DNA from: a virus
Direction: 5' to 3' (one strand)
Length of the DNA stretch: 64,000 nt
Virus record (IMG/VR): IMGVR_UViG_3300025141_016046
Location: 11,846 to 75,845 of that record
Within the stretch, counting starts at the first letter, position 1; each line of letters starts with the position of its first letter. The translations under genes and the position numbers were made by a program. Shown in pieces: positions 58,204 through 64,000 of this stretch. The notes beneath the pieces were generated by a model. The model was not told the origin of the DNA. It saw only the letters and a program-made list of their open reading frames with translations, and made no database searches.

Positions 58204-59784
58204 CTATCTCCTCTGACTCTTTTTTTTGGTTGATAGGAATAAATTATATTTTCCAAAATTAAATAAAAATCTGTCAAGAGGATAGTCATGAAGCGGAGAC
58301 ATGTTAATCCATATTATAGCTGTGAGCATATTAACCTTTCTTATATCGTATCCATTCTCCTCTATAAAGCAATGTAAAACCTCTCTACAGTCAATAAGAT
58401 TTTTTCTACACAAAATATCGCAGTAGACTCCTTCTTTTTCCTGTCGCAGCATGTAGTGATTTTGATTGACAAGCTCGTGATTAAAAATTAGATTATGATT
58501 TAATTTTGCTAAGTCATAATATGTATCACCTAAATCTAACCTACCTGCAAAATCCTGCCTCCAGTCTATAAGAGAAAATCCATCCTCTACTTCAATAATA
58601 TTATCAAGTATAAGGTCTCCATGAAAAATAGAAGCAACTCCATCACATAACCAGTTATCATCAATTTTTGAGAGCATTTCAGATACAGGCGGTATTTCTT
58701 CTCCATTAATAATCGACACACAGTCAGATGATCCATTTAAAAATTGAGATACTCTGTTTTTAGTTTTTTCAAAATAAAAGTCAAAGCAATGTGAAGATAT
58801 GTTTTCTGAAGATTTTTTATTCCACATGTTTTTTAATGCCCAATCTAAAAATAGCTTCATCTTAACAGGTGTAACTGAGTCTGCAAATAGGTTTCCATCA
58901 ACATACTTGTATTTAAAAAAATTATTAGAAGATGACTCTATTTCAGGTATAAGACCTTTTAAAAATTCTGCTCTTTTAACCCTCTTGCTAACATGACTAC
59001 TATTATGAAAAAACTTAATAACACTTTTATCAATAATGTAGATATTCTCTTGAACCTTATCCAAGACTTGAATTGAGGATTTAATCTCATCTCTTGCCCT
59101 GGCCAGAGAATAAGGCTCTCCTATATCGTGCCAGTCAGAGATCTTATCTATCTTAAATTCAATGCCATCACTATCAAGCATTGTCTGTATAACATGACAG
59201 TCTGAAAGATTTTTTACTTTATTTTCCTCAGCAGCATCAATGATCTCATCTAGGCGCTTCCAAAACACTTTGTAGTCTTTTATTCCTGCTCTTCCAGGAT
59301 AAGCAAGATCATACTTCATCTCTCCCTTGTCATTTATCTTTAAGAGCGTACATCCTGCTGACATGTTTATAGTTCGATATTGATCAGAAGACTCTGATTT
59401 AGCTCCTGATATCCAGTTTTCTGCTAGCGAAGGAGCATTATCAAATATAATAGAATCACAAACATGAAATATAAATGGGCACTGTAATTGATCCTTTGCA
59501 CTTCTCATTGAATGAAGGAGACTTGACTTTGGACCTTTATAGTTTTTTACTTCAATAAATGTAAAGTGAATATCTGGATATGATAGCTGCAAAAACTCTC
59601 TTACTTGATTGCCATAATGCCCTAGGGTTATAAAAAATTTTGCATTTCTGGGATAGCTATCAATAATGTATGAAAGTGCAGGCTTGTCACCTACTCTGAC
59701 CAGAGATTTATTTGTATAGTCTGTTAGGTCACCTAGCCTACTTCCAAGCCCGCTTGTTGTAATTAGTACACTAGGCTCTTCCAT
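58204..59784 (-). CDS. Sugar nucleotidyltransferase fused to an APH/choline-kinase-like phosphotransferase
   Basis: N-terminal SGLGSRL..LT...KSLV and WHDIG. C-terminal HGDLILDN, IDWR, YYDLAKL. Confidence 0.82.
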   Translation of the reverse strand: MEEPSVLITTSGLGSRLGDLTDYTNKSLVRVGDKPALSYIIDSYPRNAKFFITLGHYGNQVREFLQLSYPDIHFTFIEVKNYKGPKSSLLHSMRSAKDQLQCPFIFHVCDSIIFDNAPSLAENWISGAKSESSDQYRTINMSAGCTLLKINDKGEMKYDLAYPGRAGIKDYKVFWKRLDEIIDAAEENKVKNLSDCHVIQTMLDSDGIEFKIDKISDWHDIGEPYSLARARDEIKSSIQVLDKVQENIYIIDKSVIKFFHNSSHVSKRVKRAEFLKGLIPEIESSSNNFFKYKYVDGNLFADSVTPVKMKLFLDWALKNMWNKKSSENISSHCFDFYFEKTKNRVSQFLNGSSDCVSIINGEEIPPVSEMLSKIDDNWLCDGVASIFHGDLILDNIIEVEDGFSLIDWRQDFAGRLDLGDTYYDLAKLNHNLIFNHELVNQNHYMLRQEKEGVYCDILCRKNLIDCREVLHCFIEENGYDIRKVNMLTAIIWINMSPLHDYPLDRFLFNFGKYNLFLSTKKKSQRR

Positions 59785-60109
59785 AGTTATCTTTTAGACG
59801 AACTATATCATCTTCTCCAAAATAAGTTCCTGTTTGAATTTCAATAAATTCAAGAGGGTCATCTGTAGTATTTTTAATAGTGTGCTTGGCTTCTTTTGGA
59901 ATATATACGCTCTCTCCTGTTTTTAGAGTAAACACCTTATCGTCTAGACAGACCTCAGCTTCTCCAGAAGTAATAACCCAGTGCTCAGATCGCTTATAGT
60001 GATATTGATAGCTTGGACAGTGTCCAGGGTTTACTATTATTTTTTTAACCTTGCAACTAGGATCGTCTAGTAAGATTTCATAAGTTCCCCACGGGCGACT
60101 CTCTTTCAT
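59771..60109 (-). CDS. Mannose-6-phosphate isomerase type II cupin domain, stand-alone
   Basis: RPWG, SYQYHYKRSEHW, IEIQTG.YFGEDDIVR. Confidence 0.88.
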   Translation of the reverse strand: MKESRPWGTYEILLDDPSCKVKKIIVNPGHCPSYQYHYKRSEHWVITSGEAEVCLDDKVFTLKTGESVYIPKEAKHTIKNTTDDPLEFIEIQTGTYFGEDDIVRLKDNYGRA

Positions 60110-60110
60110 T

Positions 60111-61184
60111 TTATTTCTCCAGAATAATTTCTCTAATCTTTTCTGACAGTAAGTCAGAGTTTCTTTTTATATTAATTGCATCACAAGATCGATATGGGTT
60201 TGTAGGCGCATGATCATTTACTATAACTCTTTTACAGTGCATTAGATTAAAAATTATTTGATGATATTTTACACCGATTCTCTCTAGCTGACTTTTTGTC
60301 ACTTCTTTAAATGATTCATCTCTTGAAGTAGTAATAATAATTTGACACTTTCCAGTGTCGTATAGATCTCTAATCTTTTTAACATTTCTCTCTAATGGCT
60401 CGGTAGATCCCCACAGCCTTCCAAAGTACCTTCCAGAATTTTCCACAAGAACACCATCCATATCGATAAAAATGGTTGAAAATGATGATTTATACTCGTT
60501 CCAATCTCTAAGTGTTCCCCAGTCGATATATTGACTAGCCAGCTCCGTTCCAAACTCAATGCCATCGAGCATCATTGAGTATATCATGTGAGAAATATAA
60601 AGATCACTATGGTCTCTTAGCTTAAGAAATGATTCTTTAAAGATGTTTGCAGACTCAAATGAGTAACCGCCGGCGCAAAATTCTGAACTGATAACCTTCT
60701 TTTCAACTATTGACGTAATTATTCCATTATCATCTGTAACAACATAGCTCTTATTTCCAGCATTAACTGACTCCATTGAGCTAATATCATATGTTGTTAC
60801 AAAGTTTCCAGGTATCACATCACACTTAAAAAAATTATCAGAATCTTTAATAAAGATAGGTCCTTGAATATTTCTTTTTTCAATTACCTGAAATATTGTC
60901 TCAGGTTGATTCTTAGTTTCTTCTTCTAGAAGGACTATGTCTAGCTTTTTACAGACGCGATCTCCAAATGCATTAAAGAAGCATCGCTTAACGCCCTCAG
61001 AAAAGCAATACTGATCTTCGTGTTCCTGAAGTCCGACTACAAATATATTGCTAAAGCTATCTAGATCAAGTCCTGATATAGACTCTATGATCATAAGATT
61101 TCCTGATGGGTGTGTGAGGAGCCATTTTGGCCTCATTCCTGGATATCTTGATGACTTTCCTGCGACTGGTATGATAAGATTCAA
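60111..61184 (-). CDS. Sugar nucleotidyltransferase fused to an EcbF-like HAD phosphatase
   Basis: IPVAGKSSRY...PK, KDSD, IVEK, DWGT, then IDMDGVL, TTSR, VND. Confidence 0.82.
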   Translation of the reverse strand: MNLIIPVAGKSSRYPGMRPKWLLTHPSGNLMIIESISGLDLDSFSNIFVVGLQEHEDQYCFSEGVKRCFFNAFGDRVCKKLDIVLLEEETKNQPETIFQVIEKRNIQGPIFIKDSDNFFKCDVIPGNFVTTYDISSMESVNAGNKSYVVTDDNGIITSIVEKKVISSEFCAGGYSFESANIFKESFLKLRDHSDLYISHMIYSMMLDGIEFGTELASQYIDWGTLRDWNEYKSSFSTIFIDMDGVLVENSGRYFGRLWGSTEPLERNVKKIRDLYDTGKCQIIITTSRDESFKEVTKSQLERIGVKYHQIIFNLMHCKRVIVNDHAPTNPYRSCDAINIKRNSDLLSEKIREIILEK

Positions 61185-62050
61185 TGTTTCTCCAGTATTA
61201 GCTGATCTATATTTTTAACTACTTGTGCTATAACGTTCTTATTACTACAATACTGCAAAAGTCTTAATAAGTTCATTATTTGAAATGATTGATAGAAATA
61301 TTTGTAAAAATCATATTTCATAAAATGATTATCAATTTTTTTATCAATGTAATCGAAAATTATTGATATTTTTGTCAAATCTATAGGAAGGGGATAAAGA
61401 TTTAGTGACCACATATACTTTGTGTCCTGTCTAATTTTAACCATATCTTGAACTGGAGACTCTAGAAATGTATCAAGAAAATCTATTAGACACACCTTTT
61501 TACTTTTTCTTCTAACAAGAATATTTGACAGTGTTAGATCGCCGTGGCAAAATCCCATTGGAATGTCTCTCTCATCGAGAGAAAAGAATATTTCATCTAT
61601 TTTAGAGAATCTATTCTTAATATCCCAATAGAGTTCAGAGTTTTTAAGATTTTCTTTTACAGATGAGTATTTTGATAAAAATATTTCTTTTTGAAATTTA
61701 GAAAAGCTGGCTTCTAATATGCTATTATCAATAAACCCTAATATTGAAGAAATTAAAAATTCAATTTCCTTAATTGAACATCTATGAATAAACGTAATGC
61801 AGTCCAAAGATCTACAAAAATCCATCTCAAAATAACAGATATCTTTATCAAATGAGAAATTTCTATCAATAATTTTTGGAATTTCTATAAACTTTAGATT
61901 ATTTTTTTGAAATGCAATATCTTGTTTTTTGCACTGGTTTTCTAATCTGTGGTAGTAGGATTGATCTGAAGAAGATTTTTTAACTATCTTTTTTGATAGT
62001 GAATCCTTAATCTCAACACTGCAACCTGAATTTCCTCGAATTATTATCAT
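61181..62050 (-). CDS. APH-like phosphotransferase (sugar kinase candidate)
   Basis: GNSG, VKKSS, CHGDLTLSN, LIDF, DMVKIRQD. Confidence 0.8.
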   Translation of the reverse strand: MIIIRGNSGCSVEIKDSLSKKIVKKSSSDQSYYHRLENQCKKQDIAFQKNNLKFIEIPKIIDRNFSFDKDICYFEMDFCRSLDCITFIHRCSIKEIEFLISSILGFIDNSILEASFSKFQKEIFLSKYSSVKENLKNSELYWDIKNRFSKIDEIFFSLDERDIPMGFCHGDLTLSNILVRRKSKKVCLIDFLDTFLESPVQDMVKIRQDTKYMWSLNLYPLPIDLTKISIIFDYIDKKIDNHFMKYDFYKYFYQSFQIMNLLRLLQYCSNKNVIAQVVKNIDQLILEKH

Positions 62051-62053
62051 AAG

Positions 62054-62764
62054 TCATTTCATGCTCAAGTATTTCTTTAAATCTTCTGGTGTGCCGAGTC
62101 CATGCATTTTATCTACAAAAAATGGAACTAGTGTTTTTTCATCTAAAATTAATTCATTATATACAGGTGCAATATAAAATTCATTATTAACTCTTATATC
62201 TTTCTTTATCATGTCTTCTGCGTATTTGACAAAATCGCATCCATTCCTATAGTAATAAATTCCACAAGTAGCTATATCAGATATTGGATTTTTTTCTGCA
62301 ACCTCAGTTACAACTCCTCTTGAATTAGTCTTAACAAAGCTCCACTTTGGATGAACAGCTCTAAATGTAAAAACAGATGCATCAAAATTAGTAAATCTTC
62401 TAATTGTATTAAAATTATCTTTTGAATATTCTACAATCTGATCTGAATTTGCTATTAGAAGTTCTTCTTTATTGTTGATTAGTCTTTTTGCTAATAGTGC
62501 AGTACAAGCTGCACCCTCTGTAAGGCTTTCAACAGTTACAATATCATATCTTCCGTTTGTTACAAAATTTAGAACTGACTCTATATTGTACTCGCTAAGA
62601 TGATTGGATCTCACCAAAAATATGTAATTTGCATCAAAGTCAAGATTTTCAACAACACACTGTATCATTGGCTTTCCATTGACTTCAATCAGCGGCTTTG
62701 GAAATGTGTATCCTTCTTTTTTAAATCTGCTACCCTCTCCTGCCATTGGTATTAAAATATTCAT
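62054..62764 (-). CDS. Sugar nucleotidyltransferase (BcbE-like / dTDP-glucose pyrophosphorylase-like)
   Basis: IPMAGEGSRF....PKPLI, TEGAACT, NSDQ, VAEK, NNEFYIAPVYN, LGTPEDL. Confidence 0.85.
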   Translation of the reverse strand: MNILIPMAGEGSRFKKEGYTFPKPLIEVNGKPMIQCVVENLDFDANYIFLVRSNHLSEYNIESVLNFVTNGRYDIVTVESLTEGAACTALLAKRLINNKEELLIANSDQIVEYSKDNFNTIRRFTNFDASVFTFRAVHPKWSFVKTNSRGVVTEVAEKNPISDIATCGIYYYRNGCDFVKYAEDMIKKDIRVNNEFYIAPVYNELILDEKTLVPFFVDKMHGLGTPEDLKKYLSMK

Positions 62765-63378
62765 TTTAAAAACTCCTCAAATATTTCTAAAGTTACATGG
62801 TCTGCATTTAAAACACCAATCACCTTGCAGCCTGATAAGATAGCAGCCTCTATTCCCTTTGGAGAATCCTCAACAATTATAGCATCATTTGCAGGTATAT
62901 TAAAGCAAGAAAGTATTTTTAAATACCCTTCTGGATCTGGTTTGGCATTTTTAACATCTTGATTTGTAACTATCATATCAAGTAAATCAAATACACCGGA
63001 AGTCTTTAGCATTAAATCTGCAGTCTCTCTTATACTATTTGTAAAGCAGCAAACCTTTAACCCTTTTTCTTTTAGATGGTTTATCATTTCTATTTTTTCA
63101 TTACGAATCTTTGATTGCTTTCTAATAATGTTTTTAGTAATTTTCTGCTTTAATCTATAAACTTCTTCATGCTGGCTAGCATCTATTTTTCCTAAAGCTG
63201 TTAACTTTTTAAGCTTCACTTTTGTTGGTATTCCATTGAATATTTGCATATGATCATCAAGAGATATTTCATAATTGCAAACTTTTTTTAGTGCCTTGTT
63301 TAAGGCAACCCTGTGCCACTCACACGCATCAACCAAGACACCATCAAGATCAAAAATTATTAGCTTTAAATTCTTCAT
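62761..63378 (-). CDS. HAD-family phosphatase (beta-PGM-like, cap C1)
   Basis: FDLDGVL, TNS, KPDPEGY, VEDSPKG. Confidence 0.88.
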   Translation of the reverse strand: MKNLKLIIFDLDGVLVDACEWHRVALNKALKKVCNYEISLDDHMQIFNGIPTKVKLKKLTALGKIDASQHEEVYRLKQKITKNIIRKQSKIRNEKIEMINHLKEKGLKVCCFTNSIRETADLMLKTSGVFDLLDMIVTNQDVKNAKPDPEGYLKILSCFNIPANDAIIVEDSPKGIEAAILSGCKVIGVLNADHVTLEIFEEFLK

Positions 63379-63835
63379 AATATTTCTCTATATTGTCACT
63401 ACAAATGCCATTGCACTTTCTAATCAATTTCCACTGATAGTTTGTCTCTTCTGGCATTACAATAATTGATCCATAACATGGTCGCTTACCTGGGTATACC
63501 CAAATGTATCCTTTGCTAGTTATCGTGTAATCATCTTCCTGGTGCCAGAATACATTCCACGATATTGTTGAATTTAGAAACCATCTTAGCGCTGCTACGT
63601 TTTTAGCATGAAGCCATATCTTATCTTTTCTATTGATAAGCCATTTCAGGCTAACTTCATGTTCTGGATTGTCATGGCCGAGATAAAAGTTTCCAGGGGG
63701 AACGTACCCACATGTTAGCCTTATGTCAACCTCTACATCGAATTCTTTATTGATTGCTTCATCAATATAATCAGGAGAGTTTTCTCTTTTTGGATTACGA
63801 CCCTCTAAGTTTCCCCTGTGTGATATAAACTTCAT
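63350..63835 (-). CDS. Short glycerophosphodiester phosphodiesterase / PLC-like barrel protein
   Basis: ISHRGN...EN, DVEVDI, LGHD, WLHAKN, FWHQED, GICSD. Confidence 0.7.
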   Translation of the reverse strand: MKFISHRGNLEGRNPKRENSPDYIDEAINKEFDVEVDIRLTCGYVPPGNFYLGHDNPEHEVSLKWLINRKDKIWLHAKNVAALRWFLNSTISWNVFWHQEDDYTITSKGYIWVYPGKRPCYGSIIVMPEETNYQWKLIRKCNGICSDNIEKYYEEFKANNF

Positions 63836-63999
63836 AGTGATCTCACAACATCTAAATACTGATCAGCGCACCTTCTCCAAGAATTAATCTGTAAGCTATT
63901 ATTGACATAACTCCTGGATCTAATAATCCTAAATAATTGATCCATATTCTCAAATGTGTGATCTTTTCCTGCAAATTCAACTGCTCCCCCTCCCCTTGC
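63832..63999 (-). CDS. C-terminal fragment of a probable GT4 glycosyltransferase, truncated by the window edge
   Basis: Hand translation ARGGGAVEFAG...SWRRCADQYLDVVRSL*. The GG..E and SW...A..Y motifs end GT-B proteins. Its TGA overlaps the next ATG. Confidence 0.6.
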   Translation of the reverse strand, partial: ARGGGAVEFAGKDHTFENMDQLFRIIRSRSYVNNSLQINSWRRCADQYLDVVRSL

Positions 64000-64000
64000 G

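Noticed and set aside
58204-59784. LicC-LicA phosphocholine pathway
   Set aside because: The fold combination fits, but there is no clear LicB or LicD, and the neighbours (EcbF-like HAD, GatZ-like, PMI) point to sugar-phosphate substrates. Kept only as an alternative.
6474-63469. Dozens of short ORFs in the track that are antisense or out of frame (e.g. 25142-25723 +, 43788-44282 +, 18042-18383 +, 26305-26652 +)
   Set aside because: They lie inside or across long motif-bearing minus-strand genes, have no recognisable motifs, and read like antisense shadows of biased codon usage.
43304-64000. Ordinary bacterial capsule/O-antigen locus next to a prophage
   Set aside because: No flippase, polymerase, ABC exporter, initiating transferase, integrase or att-like junction is visible, and gene packing matches the phage part. 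It cannot be fully excluded without sequence beyond 64 kb.
1-64000. Stop-codon reassignment as seen in some large phages
   Set aside because: Standard-code ORFs tile the window almost completely, and TAA, TAG and TGA all end genes at sensible, often overlapping, boundaries.
1-64000. tRNAs, structured ncRNAs, introns, inteins and rho-independent terminators
   Set aside because: All intergenic gaps are under about 60 nt. I saw no cloverleaf, no GC-rich hairpin with a U-tract, no split genes and no intein or homing-endonuclease motifs by eye. A covariance-model search was not possible.

Overview
This window looks like 64 kb of a large (probably jumbo) myovirus-type bacteriophage genome. It is AT-rich and almost gap-free, reads in the standard genetic code, and is nearly all on the minus strand. 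It has four blocks. (1) 1-5.3 kb, DNA metabolism: a single-chain Mre11/SbcD-Rad50/SbcC fusion, a Zn-finger/TOPRIM primase and a RuvC-like resolvase. (2) 5.3-36.9 kb, a contractile-tail baseplate/fibre module: LamG, FN3-like and DNRLRE proteins, plus gp6/J-like, gp25-like and gp5/VgrG-like proteins. (3) 36.9-41.6 kb: a phage sigma factor, two GT4 glycosyltransferases and a Cas4/AddB-like nuclease. (4) 41.6-64 kb, running off the window: a very large glycan synthesis and decoration cluster with NeuB, NeuA, a short Ugd, six more glycosyltransferase candidates (about 8 counting the GT4 pair), 3 sulfotransferases, 4 methyltransferases, 2 Pol-beta-type nucleotidyltransferases, a GatZ-like enzyme, a PMI cupin and three parallel nucleotidyltransferase/HAD(/kinase) modules, but no export genes. 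The best candidate for a new system is phage-encoded virion glycosylation with a sulfated, methylated, nonulosonate- and possibly ketose-containing glycan. A (S/T)-G-S tripeptide enriched in a subset of baseplate proteins may be its acceptor site. The short intergenic gaps also suggest two promoter classes: leaderless sigma70-like promoters for DNA genes and a WATATTTA motif before putative late genes. There is also a Shine-Dalgarno-sequestering hairpin. All calls come from reading motifs by eye; no searches were run.
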